A stretch of DNA of 64,000 bases from an uncultured Thermoplasmatales archaeon (GTDB lineage: Archaea > Thermoplasmatota > SW-10-69-26). Shown one piece after another: positions 27,729 through 37,281 of this stretch (positions are counted from its first letter, which is position 1; every line of letters starts with the position of its first letter). A model generated the notes under the pieces. That model did not search any database, had not been told where the DNA came from, and saw only the letters and a list, made by a program, of their open reading frames with translations. Position numbers and translations under genes: made by a program. Location of the stretch: the NCBI GenBank assembly GCA_964396185.1, contig CAYNEI010000013.1:1528-65527 (forward strand). Reading direction: 5' to 3'.

Positions 27729-28208
27729 TCACGGGTTTTCGGACCGGTGTCGACGACCAACGTCCCAGGCGGCAGTCGCGCAGGCGGCGACCATGAGTAC
27801 GTTGCCCGGTTGCCACCACCACGCCCCGAGGTCGGCGTACACCCAGATCAGGCTCGCGAACCCCGCCAGGGCGAGGCCCCATCGCTGCGGCAGCACCGAG
27901 CCCCGCCAGGCGCCTCCAGCGGCCACCACAGCTCCTGTGGCGAAGAGCAACCCCGCGACGTTGTAAACGCTGGACCACAGGTCACCACGGTAGAACATGG
28001 CGATGCCAACCGCCACTGCGAGCAAGCCCACGGGGATGAGAGCGGTCCGTTCACTGTGCTCGCCGCGTGCCGAGACCGAGAAGCCGATCACGATCACCGC
28101 CAAACTCAAGACGGTCCAACCGTCCGGGACACCGGCGACCACCGCTACGATCCAGAGCAAGGCTGCGACCGCTGCAAGACCGAGCCCCAAAACGTAGCGT
28201 GAACGCAT
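27729..28208 (-). CDS. Membrane protein (about 6 TM helices)
   Basis: Hydrophobic throughout; promoter-like motif shared with the 27080 gene. Confidence 0.65.
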   Translation of the reverse strand: MRSRYVLGLGLAAVAALLWIVAVVAGVPDGWTVLSLAVIVIGFSVSARGEHSERTALIPVGLLAVAVGIAMFYRGDLWSSVYNVAGLLFATGAVVAAGGAWRGSVLPQRWGLALAGFASLIWVYADLGAWWWQPGNVLMVAACATAAWDVGRRHRSENP

Positions 28209-28378
28209 GGCCCACACGAGGGACGGTGGGATAAGCAGGTTGTGGATGGCTCCTTGAAATGAACGGGGGTTCTGGCTTGAAGACGCGCAACGCCATCGTC
28301 ATCTCCGGAGGGCCGGGCGAACACGTTGTAGCATCGCGTTGATGGTCCGGTGGATGAGCAGGTCGAGCCGGGTCGATG

Positions 28379-29674
28379 TTATGGGAGCATGCCCGACGCA
28401 GACCACCCGACAGCGATCTTCGGTTCGCCGCTCCTGGGATCGCTCATCGCCCACCAGACCTTGCCGTCCGCACCCACGGCGATGCCACCGTACTCGTCGC
28501 CAGCTCCCGTGCCGCGCGGCGGAGGCTGGTCGACGGGCCCGGCGAGCTGGATCGTTCGGATCGTCCCGTTGGTCGCCAAGGTGACGAGCTCGGCCCCCCA
28601 CACCGCGTCGCCCTCAGCGCGCCCATACGTCGCAAGCACGTGCAGCGCGCCGTCCGGTCCTTGGGTTGCAACGTTCCACACATAGGAGCCTTCGGGTGCT
28701 CCATCCGTGAGCGTCTCGGGCGCGCTCCATGAGGCCCCGGCGTCGGTGCTTTTTGCACGAAGAAGTCCGGAAGCCGGGAATGCCGCCAGATCCAGACGCG
28801 ATCCGTCACCGCCCAGGGCGCTCATGTCCCCGATCCACGCGCCGCCGCCGGGGAAGACCATGTGCCCAGACTCGAAGGTCGTCCCCGCGTCGCGGCTGAC
28901 AACCGCGTGCAAACCGGACGAGCTCTTCGCCGTGATGACGACGACCCCGTCTGGGTAGGCCGCGACCCGGGGCCAGAACGTTCGGTATTCGCCCAGGAAC
29001 GCGTTCAGCGGCAGCGGTGCCGACCACGTTGCGCCCTCGCCATCGCTGGTCCAGAACCACAAACCGCCGCCCTGCAGGGGGCCCGCCCCGGCCACGACAA
29101 AAAGCGCTCCTGTGTCGGGCGCGACGGCGAGGTCCATCGCATCCCAGGTCAGCACGCCCAAGTTGTGCGGGATCTGGGTGAGCGTCCACGTCGCGCCGGC
29201 GTTGGAGCTGCGGACCACGAGGATGTTGGACTCTGTGGGGAACCGCGTCTCGCCGAAGAGGACGAGTGCGTCCCCGTTGGGCGCGAAGGCGGCGATCGGG
29301 TCGAAATGCCATGAGCCTGCGGCGAGGTCCTTGGAATTCGTCTTTTGCCAGGTCTGACCGGCGTCCGTGGTAACCGCGAGCCACACGGTCCACGCTCCGG
29401 GGACGTTCTCGATCCACGCAACCAGGGCCGTATCTGGGTCCGTCGGATGGGTCGCGAGCGAAACCTCGCGATCAGGATGCTCGCCTGCGTTGAGGATCAT
29501 GGCGCACGGACGGGTCGATTCGGGCTGCTCGGCGTTCGATCGGGTGCATACGCTGGCCCTCGCATCTGTTTCGACCCTGGGGGCTCCACCCTTATCATCT
29601 GATGCAGCCTGGTCCCCGAGGCAGCCAGAGAAGCCGACGGTCACGAGCAAGAGCACAAGCGCCACGCCTTTCAC
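28379..29674 (-). CDS. Lipoprotein with BNR/Asp-box beta-propeller (sialidase-like fold)
   Basis: GFSGCL lipobox; Asp-boxes TTDAGQTW, SSNAGATW, SDGEGATW, SRDAGTTF, STDAGASW. Confidence 0.85.
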   Translation of the reverse strand: MKGVALVLLLVTVGFSGCLGDQAASDDKGGAPRVETDARASVCTRSNAEQPESTRPCAMILNAGEHPDREVSLATHPTDPDTALVAWIENVPGAWTVWLAVTTDAGQTWQKTNSKDLAAGSWHFDPIAAFAPNGDALVLFGETRFPTESNILVVRSSNAGATWTLTQIPHNLGVLTWDAMDLAVAPDTGALFVVAGAGPLQGGGLWFWTSDGEGATWSAPLPLNAFLGEYRTFWPRVAAYPDGVVVITAKSSSGLHAVVSRDAGTTFESGHMVFPGGGAWIGDMSALGGDGSRLDLAAFPASGLLRAKSTDAGASWSAPETLTDGAPEGSYVWNVATQGPDGALHVLATYGRAEGDAVWGAELVTLATNGTIRTIQLAGPVDQPPPRGTGAGDEYGGIAVGADGKVWWAMSDPRSGEPKIAVGWSASGMLP

Positions 29675-29838
29675 GACATCTCCGCCACTCGCCTTCGGAC
29701 CGCGAATCGTACTGCCTCCGACCCTCCATATGTGTTGCCCCATCGATGAATCATGCTCCTTCTCCGCATCCACTGGCCGAGGCGGCGGAACGCCCGGCCG
29801 TCCGGCGGTGGGGGCAGGGGCACGTGTGGATTACCACC

Positions 29839-30924
29839 TCAGAACCCATGCCGGTCCATCCACTCCAGGACAGCACGATGCACTTCCCGGTGATTGAGGT
29901 GGTGGAACACGGCGTGCCCCGTGTCCGGGAGCAGGAGGAGTTCGAAGTCCGCGTTCGGGTAGTGTTCCCCTTGTTGGTGCTGGTCCTCGCCCTCGTAATA
30001 GAAGTCCTCATCACCGAGGATGTTGAGAACAGGCACGTCGATCCGGGTGGTCACCTGGTTGTCGGGCCTCAACGACGCGGGCCGCGCGTCGTCCAAGGGC
30101 CGAAGCTCGTACACCCAACATCCCGCACACGCCGTCCAAACACCGAAGCTGGCGCCGACTGTGAAAGGCATGGGTGAGCCGTCGTACTCTTCCTCCCAGG
30201 CGTCGATCACGGCGGGGTCCACATTATCGAAGTGCAGCATCCACACCTGCCAGTCTTCCGGGCAATCGTCCGTCGTGTAACTCCAGCAACGATCCGCTTC
30301 ATCGGAGAAACGGCCATGGGACCAAGCCGTGGGAACGATCCCGTCGAAGGATGCGAACAGGCCCTGGGTCATGTCCGTGAGAAGACCGCCCATGGAGATG
30401 CCGGAACCCACCACGGTGTCGTGGGCGCGGGCGTCGGCCGCGGGACCGGTGACGTAGTCTCCGCTGCGCAGAGCATCCGCGACTTGGTCGATGACGAACG
30501 CGTAGTCCTCCAAACCGACAAGCCCGTCCATGCCGGGCGTGTCGCCGTACCCAGGAAGGTCGATGGCGACCGCGGTACGGCCGCTCGTGGTGAGCATGTG
30601 GGCAACAGAGTAGCCGGGGGCGGTGAGGGGTCCGAAGAGCCCCATCCTCCCGCCACCAGAGCCGTGGATCAGAAGCACCACCGCGTCCGCATCCCGGGCC
30701 TCCCACATCGCGCCCGCCACGTCCACCTCGCCGCCAGCGCGCGTCTGGACCCGGAACGTCGCTTGCACGTGGGGAGCGGACTCGTCCACGTCGTCGAGGA
30801 GCCCTGCCGGATCTGCGGGGTCTTCCGTCTCGAGCGCGTCGGGGGTGAGACAGCCTGCGAGGGCAGGAATGATGAGTAGGGCTACGATGATTCCAGCATT
30901 CTTCAAGACCACGACCTCCTCCAT
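29839..30924 (-). CDS. Lipoprotein alpha/beta hydrolase
   Basis: LAGCL lipobox, LIHGSGG, IDLPGYG, GISMG nucleophile elbow, GDED, TGH. Confidence 0.85.
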   Translation of the reverse strand: MEEVVVLKNAGIIVALLIIPALAGCLTPDALETEDPADPAGLLDDVDESAPHVQATFRVQTRAGGEVDVAGAMWEARDADAVVLLIHGSGGGRMGLFGPLTAPGYSVAHMLTTSGRTAVAIDLPGYGDTPGMDGLVGLEDYAFVIDQVADALRSGDYVTGPAADARAHDTVVGSGISMGGLLTDMTQGLFASFDGIVPTAWSHGRFSDEADRCWSYTTDDCPEDWQVWMLHFDNVDPAVIDAWEEEYDGSPMPFTVGASFGVWTACAGCWVYELRPLDDARPASLRPDNQVTTRIDVPVLNILGDEDFYYEGEDQHQQGEHYPNADFELLLLPDTGHAVFHHLNHREVHRAVLEWMDRHGF

Positions 30925-31081
30925 TTCGAGGGCGACCCAAGCCAAGGCGCCGTCGATCCGTGCAGGGATAGGTAGCCCAACAACTATTTCTTGGTTTGGG
31001 TGCTCGAATCGACTGCGGGGCCCGTTCCTGGGACCGGCCTGTCGCCGGTCGCATCATAGAAGTCGATCGCATGGCGTGATG

Positions 31082-31139
31082 GGATAACGGCAGAGGTCAG
31101 CCGCTGCCGAAGGCGGTCGGCCGGACCGAGATGTTCTAC
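31082..31139 (-). mobile_element. Integron attC-like site (58 bp)
   Basis: Minus strand GTAGAAC-5nt-GGTCCGGC...GCTGACC-6nt-GTTATCC; extrahelical G and T in canonical positions. Confidence 0.75.
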
Positions 31140-31290
31140 TGAGGGGCAGTGCACACCTGGGTAGATTCTCCCATTGTCCACGCAAGCTGGTGAAGGCCGT
31201 CGCGACGAGAAGAAAGGAGATGAGAAGGAGGTCGAAGTCCGCGTTCGGGTGCTGAGGAATGTCCTTCGCGCTTTCGATTCGTTCATACTC

Positions 31291-32943
31291 CTATCGGCCT
31301 GCGTCCCCGATGAGCGGCAGCACCGTCCGCCACGCCCCCTCCCAGTCGGTCCCGCCCATGAGCCGGAGGGCCTCCGCGACCTCGGAGGCGTCTGCGTGAC
31401 CGGCATGCACAGCCTGCTGCACGGCATGGCCGGCACGGTTGCGGGCGAAGTTCGTTTGGTCCGCGACGCCGAAGTCGATGGTGCGCTCCAGCGTCTGGTA
31501 TCCCATGGTGCTCCAGGTGCTGGAGAAGGTCAAGGAGAACTGCGGGTACCAGAGCCACTCGGGGTCGTCGTAGGGCTCGAGGTACGCATGAGGATGAGCC
31601 AGGCCGAGAAGATGCCCTGTCTCGTGGCTGAGGAGCATGTTGGCGTAGTCATAGGCGCCTCGGGAAGCGTCCCGGTCCTCGAAGCGGTGCAGGTCTGTGA
31701 TCTGGCTGAAGCTTACGCGCCGGTCCGCGTTGACGTCATAGTACGCGTACCCGGTCGAGGTGCGGCTGTCCGCGGCGTCGCCGAAGAGAATGAAACTCAC
31801 GTACGCTTCGCAGCCTGCGTGTTCCACCCAATAGCGCTCCCAGTTGGCGTCCATCCACTCCCGGTAGACGTCGCCGTGGCCCTCCATGTGGAGGCCGCCC
31901 ATCAGGAGCAGCGTGTGCGAGTTGGAACGGGAGACGGCGTCCAAGCCGGGGTCGTCCAAGGGGAGATCGAGTAAGACGGCGTCCACGCGCACGTCCCCTC
32001 TCGTGGCGTTCACAAGGGTGGCCCGCAGCCGCTCGGCGTCCACAAGGTCGGCCGCCCTCGGCGTGCCGGGAGCGATCTCGGATGCGCTCGTGGATCGCAC
32101 GCCCACGACGAGCGTGACGGCGTGGCACGGCGCCGTCGAGACCGGGAACGTGGGCCCTTGGAGGAGGCGGTAGTTGGCGGCTTCCCGCGTCGCCTCCACG
32201 ACGGCGGCCACAGTGGACTCGCCGCCGGGTCCCAGGGGCTCGTCGTGGGCGCGGGTCTCCAAGTCCCACGATTCGGTCGTGTCGTGGACCCATGGGTCCT
32301 CGCGTGCGGATATGTCGAGCACGAGCACGGGATGGCGCTCACCGAAGACGCGCACGGGCTCGAGCCACCCGTTCGCGTACTTGTAGCGGAAGGCGTGGGA
32401 TCCCCAGTCCCCATCCGGGTCTCCATGCACGAGGACGAGGGCCGGCGCGCCGGGATCGACAGGCACGCCAAGGACGGGGAGGGTGTCGGCGAACCAGTCC
32501 TCGATGGCGTTCGCGTCGTACGTTTGGCCCGCGTCCGTGACGGATGCGTCGAGGGCGTGGCGGTAGGCGTCGACCACGTCGGGCCCCGCCTCGTGGACCA
32601 CGAAGCGAGCGGTGGGTACAACAGACGGGGGAATCACGGTCCCGTAGGTTTCAGGGTCGTCCGGCAGCCCGATCTTGCCGGACGTGAGGGCCACGTGAGT
32701 GATCTTCTCGTCGTTGAGCCGCTCGTCGACCTCATCCGCGACGCCCTCGTCGAAGCCGATGAGGACGACTTGCACGTCCACGTCCACTGCAACGGCACCG
32801 TCGTCGAGGAGTTGGGCGGCGGGGTCTCCGTCCTGCGACGCCGACGGCTCGGTGTCCCCCGCGTTCAGGCACCCGGCGAGGACGGTGATGAGGAGGACCA
32901 CGGCGATCGCCGACGCGAGACCCGGCGGGCGTCCCCGTCGCAC
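31291..32943 (-). CDS. Lipoprotein zinc metalloprotease (metzincin)
   Basis: LAGCL lipobox; HETGHLLGLAH (HExxHxxGxxH); STMGY Met-turn. Confidence 0.8.
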   Translation of the reverse strand: MRRGRPPGLASAIAVVLLITVLAGCLNAGDTEPSASQDGDPAAQLLDDGAVAVDVDVQVVLIGFDEGVADEVDERLNDEKITHVALTSGKIGLPDDPETYGTVIPPSVVPTARFVVHEAGPDVVDAYRHALDASVTDAGQTYDANAIEDWFADTLPVLGVPVDPGAPALVLVHGDPDGDWGSHAFRYKYANGWLEPVRVFGERHPVLVLDISAREDPWVHDTTESWDLETRAHDEPLGPGGESTVAAVVEATREAANYRLLQGPTFPVSTAPCHAVTLVVGVRSTSASEIAPGTPRAADLVDAERLRATLVNATRGDVRVDAVLLDLPLDDPGLDAVSRSNSHTLLLMGGLHMEGHGDVYREWMDANWERYWVEHAGCEAYVSFILFGDAADSRTSTGYAYYDVNADRRVSFSQITDLHRFEDRDASRGAYDYANMLLSHETGHLLGLAHPHAYLEPYDDPEWLWYPQFSLTFSSTWSTMGYQTLERTIDFGVADQTNFARNRAGHAVQQAVHAGHADASEVAEALRLMGGTDWEGAWRTVLPLIGDAGR

Positions 32944-33191
32944 CTTCCCAATCGGTCGCGCCCGTGATATGTAGAGCTCGTTCCATCCCTGGGGTGGCCG
33001 TGGGCCATGCCGTGAAGACTGGATGCACGGCGTTCCCGGCGCAGAAGAAGCCCCGTGCCACCACCCGGCTCCCCACGTCACAATTCGCAGGTGACGAGCT
33101 ACTTGTTATATGTTTCCCGTGTTCGCGTTGGAATTGGCGTTCTCTGGCGGTTTCGTTCCATCGCGTCGAAGGATGCCACCATGGCACCTTC

Positions 33192-33251
33192 GTATAACGG
33201 TCAAGCTCAGCGGACGGCCGAAGGCCATTCAGCGGGGTCGACATGTGCGGT
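33192..33251 (-). mobile_element. Degenerate attC-like site (60 bp)
   Basis: Plus strand GTATAAC-6nt-GCTCAGC-gg-acggcc gaa ggcc; other arm has the right spacing but many substitutions; 16 bp from stop of upstream gene. Confidence 0.5.
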
Positions 33252-33266
33252 GGGAGAATTCGATGA

Positions 33267-34538
33267 TCAGGCCACCGTGGCCATTTTCTCCATTATTTGC
33301 TCTTCGATCTGGTTTGCGTGGCCTGGGCCCAAACCCAGAACCTTCTGGAGACGCAGTAGCGCACGACGTTCCTTTACACTGATCTGGCCATCCGCGGCTA
33401 AACTCTCCACCTGTGCCCGATAGATCGTTGCCCGGCGCTCAACACGGTAGGCGTGGGAGTCTTGTACGTTGGGCATGGCACGCTCACTGATTCGTTGGGC
33501 GAGGCTCTGTAGGGGTGCGATGGCGAAAACGAGAGCGCCGGCGGCGAGGATGCCGACATACTGCGACCCGAGGGTCTCGCCGAAGAACTGCTGCGCAGCC
33601 TCGCTCGCCACGAAGAAGACTGCAATGAAGACGGCTGCCATTGTGCCCCGATTGATTGTCCATTTAAGTTTGAGGTCCAAGTCGATGAGGTTGTAACGAG
33701 CCACAGCATAGAGGATCAGGAAGACGAAGACATAATCCACATAGTAATGTACGATTCCCGTCCCCGTGCGATCGAGGACCTGAAGGAGAGTGAGTGGTAG
33801 CAGGTAGAGACTCACGAAGGCGAGCGCCCGCTCGTCCGGCGTGGGGTTGCCTCTGATGACGCGAGCCATCGCGATACCCACGAGGACCAAGGCCGTCAAC
33901 ATCGCGAGGAAGGATGTAGCCAACACCGCCTGGTAGGGGGGGTCTGTATAGACCCGGGTCCAGTGCCAATGGAGGGCGAAGAGGTGGGGATAAACAACAT
34001 CGAAGAGCCCGTGATGGAGATTCACGAAGATGAATGGGAGAAGACCCCATGCGATCTGTATGCGATGGGGCCCGGGGGGACTATTTAGCCAGCGGGCGCC
34101 AAGAAAGACCAGGACAAGTAGGAACATCAGGCTGCTTGTGAGGAAAAATGTGGCCCACCAGATGGATGTAGCCTCTCCCTCTTGGAAAAAGAGCCCCGGG
34201 CTAGATAGCACGAACCCGAGGAGGATCGCAACGGCCGCCCCGGTCGAGCCGAGCATGATGATGTGCCAGCGTTCCAGGATCACACGGGGATAAACGATCC
34301 CGAAGGCCAAAGCGGCTCCTGAATGGAGTACGGCCATAAGGAGCGCTGCTATATGGGCAAAACCGGGATCGACACCAGGGAACTTGTCAGACATCAGAAG
34401 TAGGAACATCATTCCATAGAACAACACCGCGAGGCCAAGGAAGAGCCCCCCAAGTGTCCGTCGTGCGAGCCAGATCAGTACAACGCCGGCTAAAATGACG
34501 AGTATCGTGAGGACAGCGAAGAGGATCCACATCGCCAT
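33267..34538 (-). CDS. Polytopic membrane protein with TerB-like C-terminal domain; lower GC
   Basis: About 9 hydrophobic helices; C-terminal YRAQVESLAADGQISVKERRALLRLQKVLGL; more A/T at third codon positions than neighbours. Confidence 0.75.
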   Translation of the reverse strand: MAMWILFAVLTILVILAGVVLIWLARRTLGGLFLGLAVLFYGMMFLLLMSDKFPGVDPGFAHIAALLMAVLHSGAALAFGIVYPRVILERWHIIMLGSTGAAVAILLGFVLSSPGLFFQEGEATSIWWATFFLTSSLMFLLVLVFLGARWLNSPPGPHRIQIAWGLLPFIFVNLHHGLFDVVYPHLFALHWHWTRVYTDPPYQAVLATSFLAMLTALVLVGIAMARVIRGNPTPDERALAFVSLYLLPLTLLQVLDRTGTGIVHYYVDYVFVFLILYAVARYNLIDLDLKLKWTINRGTMAAVFIAVFFVASEAAQQFFGETLGSQYVGILAAGALVFAIAPLQSLAQRISERAMPNVQDSHAYRVERRATIYRAQVESLAADGQISVKERRALLRLQKVLGLGPGHANQIEEQIMEKMATVA

Positions 34539-34764
34539 GGCAGCGCACCCCGTTCACCGCACACGGGCGTCCGGCACCCTCCGCGACACCATGCACCTAA
34601 ATAAAGGCATATGTTGTCCCTCGGTCTCTTATTCAAGACGTACGGTTCCTCAACCATGCGAACCGGGTGTCCGTCGTTCCCGTACTACCGACTACCCTGA
34701 CTTGGTCCAGATGCGATCCGATTGCGATTCCTCAATACTTGACACCTCCATCATCCATCTTGTC

Positions 34765-34820
34765 GCCGAACGTTGGAGCTCAGCGGCGCGCAGCGCGTCT
34801 GCTGGAGCGAGTTGTCCGGC
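34765..34820 (-). mobile_element. Integron attC-like site (56 bp)
   Basis: Minus strand GCCGGAC-AACTC-GCTCCAGC...GCTGAGC-TCCAAC-GTTCGGC; 7/5/8...7/6/7 architecture with extrahelical G and T. Confidence 0.8.
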
Positions 34821-34882
34821 GTCCCGGGGTCAGCGACGGCCATGTTACCTTGCTGGAGCCCTGTGCGCTCCCGATCGGGGAG

Positions 34883-35665
34883 TCAGTTCGGTGGTTGGTA
34901 TGCGGCTGACCAGCCAAAGCGTGGAACGGCGATGCCCAGGCTGGTCGTCGCTTCGCCAGCGATCTCATCGGCAAGCGTGCCAGAATCCCATGTGGCTTGC
35001 ACGCTTCCGGCTTGCACATCCGCAGTCACGTCATAGTCAAACCAGGATGGCCCCTGCGGGGTGATGTGCCAGAAGCGGCTTAAGCCCTCCAAGCTACTTG
35101 GCGCCAAACCCACAACCTCCAGACTGTACTCCTGCACATCTGTTCGAACGTCGCTGGCCATCGGTACGCCTGCAGCGACGGCCACATCGCCCGCGATCGT
35201 ATTCCAACCATCAGCAATCAGCATATCGAGTTCAGGACCTGCGGGCAGGACCAGTTGTGCCAGATAGTAATGGGCATCTACCGGAGCGTTGTCTAGTTCG
35301 GGGTCCTCAACGAGGATGTTGATCTCAGCCCCGACGAAAGTGCCGTTGGTGGCCACATGCTCGTCGCACGCGTACGCAGTTAGCAGAGCCGCTCCTTCTC
35401 CGACTGGGGCGGGCGCACCCAGAAGCCCCGCGGCATCAGCCGGCCTGAAGCCGTCAGGCAAGAACGTCTCTAAGTGGTTGAAAGGAACAACGAAAGCACC
35501 TACAGCAAGGCTACAACCGGTGGCACCCCAGTCCACGGACTCCTGCAGCGTGCGATCTTCGGAGGTCCTCTCGGAAGATGGATCATGATCCTCCGCGCCT
35601 CGATCGGAGTGCAGGCAACCCGCCAACAACAACATCGTCACCAGAGCCACCGACACCCACTTCAT
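34883..35665 (-). CDS. Secreted lipoprotein, unknown function
   Basis: MKWVSVALVTMLLLAGCL lipobox. Confidence 0.75.
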   Translation of the reverse strand: MKWVSVALVTMLLLAGCLHSDRGAEDHDPSSERTSEDRTLQESVDWGATGCSLAVGAFVVPFNHLETFLPDGFRPADAAGLLGAPAPVGEGAALLTAYACDEHVATNGTFVGAEINILVEDPELDNAPVDAHYYLAQLVLPAGPELDMLIADGWNTIAGDVAVAAGVPMASDVRTDVQEYSLEVVGLAPSSLEGLSRFWHITPQGPSWFDYDVTADVQAGSVQATWDSGTLADEIAGEATTSLGIAVPRFGWSAAYQPPN

Positions 35666-36029
35666 GGACTCTAGATTAGGGCGGTGTACTTCAAATGTCT
35701 CTCACCAGCATACCAGATGAACAGAACACCACCATCGGCCGGTGCCAGCTGGCTTCGGCAGATATCCAACCTTGCCTTCCACGGGAGGTAGAACCCTTGA
35801 CGCCGAACTTGTCCGTCACCGGTGTTCCGGGTATCCTGACGCCGCCATGATCCTCGGCGTGACCCATGTGCGGGACTGAACCCTCTCCTGCCAGCCGTCT
35901 AGGTGCCGTTTCGAGCACTCTCAACCACCCACCCCGGGAACTGATCCTGCCGCACCCCAACCAGGCCGTCCATATTCTCCCGCGACTGGCCAGCCCAGTT
36001 CAAGGCCTCCTTGGCCACCCGCAGGAGCG

Positions 36030-36460
36030 TAGATCCTATCTCCCGTTCGCAATCAGTTCAGCGATCTTGCCGAACCTCCACACAGTTGGCGCGGTTCGGC
36101 CGCTCGCGGACTCGATCCTACGCCCTCTGCGAGATCACGTCCGCGATCTGCCCGAACATCCGCGTGGTTGGCGCGTTCGGACGCTCGCGAGCCTGATCCT
36201 ACGCTCTTTGCGCGATCAGGCTCGCGATATCCCCGGGGAAATCCGCCACCTCCACGCCGGCCGGAGTGACTGGAGACTTGCCGCAGCGTGCGTGGCGCTG
36301 CGGCCAGTCTCCAGATACGGACGCACCACCGCTTCGTTGGGGCGGCGGCGCGTCCTATCCGCAAGGCGGGCGCTCCGCATCGCGGATTTCCCTTCAGTAG
36401 CGGAACTGATCCTATGCACGCTGTGCGATCAGTTCCGCGATGTCGCCAGGGAAGTCCGCG
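36030..36460 (-). repeat. Array of diverged copies of the sucD 3' end, each folded into a hairpin
   Basis: Units at about 36032, 36114, 36195 and 36408; minus-strand translations ...[37 protein letters not shown], and native IAELIAQRA*. Confidence 0.75.
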
Positions 36461-37281
36461 ACCTCCACGCCCGCCTTGCGGAACGCCTCGATCTTGGACT
36501 CCGCCGTGCCCTTGCCTCGGCTCACGATGGCTCCGGCATGCCCCATCTGCTTGCCCGTGGGCGCGGATCGGCCGGCGATGTAGCCGTAGACCGGCTTGTC
36601 CACGTGCTCCTGGATGAAGGCGGCTGCCTCCTCCTCGGCGGTGCCGCCGATCTCGCCGACGACCACGATGTGCTCGGTCTCGTCGTCGGCCTGAAAGAGC
36701 TCGAGGGCGTCCACGAACGTGGTACCGGGGCACGGGTCGCCGCCGATGCCGATGCAGGTGGATTGGCCGATGTCGTTCTCCGTGAGCGCACCGACGAGCT
36801 CGTACGTGAGGGTGCCTGAGCGGGAGACGATGCCCACGTTGCCCGGAGCGAAGATACGGTTGGGCAGGATGCCGAGCTTGGTCTGCTCGGTGGGCGAGCA
36901 GACGCCGGGGCAGTTGGGCCCGAGCACACGAGCACCCTTGTAGGTCGCGTAGTGGCTGAAGATCACCGCATCGTGCGGGGGGATGTGCTCCGTGATGACG
37001 TTGACCAGCTCGATGCCTGCGTCCAGCGCCTCCAAGGCTGCGTCCCTGGCGAAGCGAGCGGGCACGAAGACGACGCTGGCGTTGGCGTCGGTCTCGTCCA
37101 CGGCTTGCTGGACGGCGTCGAAGACGGGCAGGTCGTTGACCACTTGACCCCCCTTGCCTGGCGTGACGCCTCCGACGACGTTGGTGCCGAAGTCCATCAT
37201 GGACTGGCTGTGGAACTGGCCTTGGTACCCGGTGATGCCTTGCACGATCACGCGGGTGTCCTTGCCGACCATGACGGCCAT
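36412..37281 (-). CDS. sucD: Succinyl-CoA synthetase alpha subunit
   Basis: [44 protein letters not shown]. Confidence 0.97.
   Translation of the reverse strand: MAVMVGKDTRVIVQGITGYQGQFHSQSMMDFGTNVVGGVTPGKGGQVVNDLPVFDAVQQAVDETDANASVVFVPARFARDAALEALDAGIELVNVITEHIPPHDAVIFSHYATYKGARVLGPNCPGVCSPTEQTKLGILPNRIFAPGNVGIVSRSGTLTYELVGALTENDIGQSTCIGIGGDPCPGTTFVDALELFQADDETEHIVVVGEIGGTAEEEAAAFIQEHVDKPVYGYIAGRSAPTGKQMGHAGAIVSRGKGTAESKIEAFRKAGVEVADFPGDIAELIAQRA

Noticed and set aside
28316-28385. attC candidate (GGCGAAC ... GTTATGG overlapping the BNR gene stop)
   Set aside because: R-box-like ends are present but the L boxes do not pair at the required spacing.
33055-33111. Fourth attC (gagc-tactt-GTTATAT end)
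   Set aside because: Only one arm is recognisable; the opposite R and L boxes do not match. At most a heavily decayed relic.
36030-36460. CRISPR array
   Set aside because: Repeats are divergent and derived from the sucD coding end, spacers resemble each other, and no cas genes are present.
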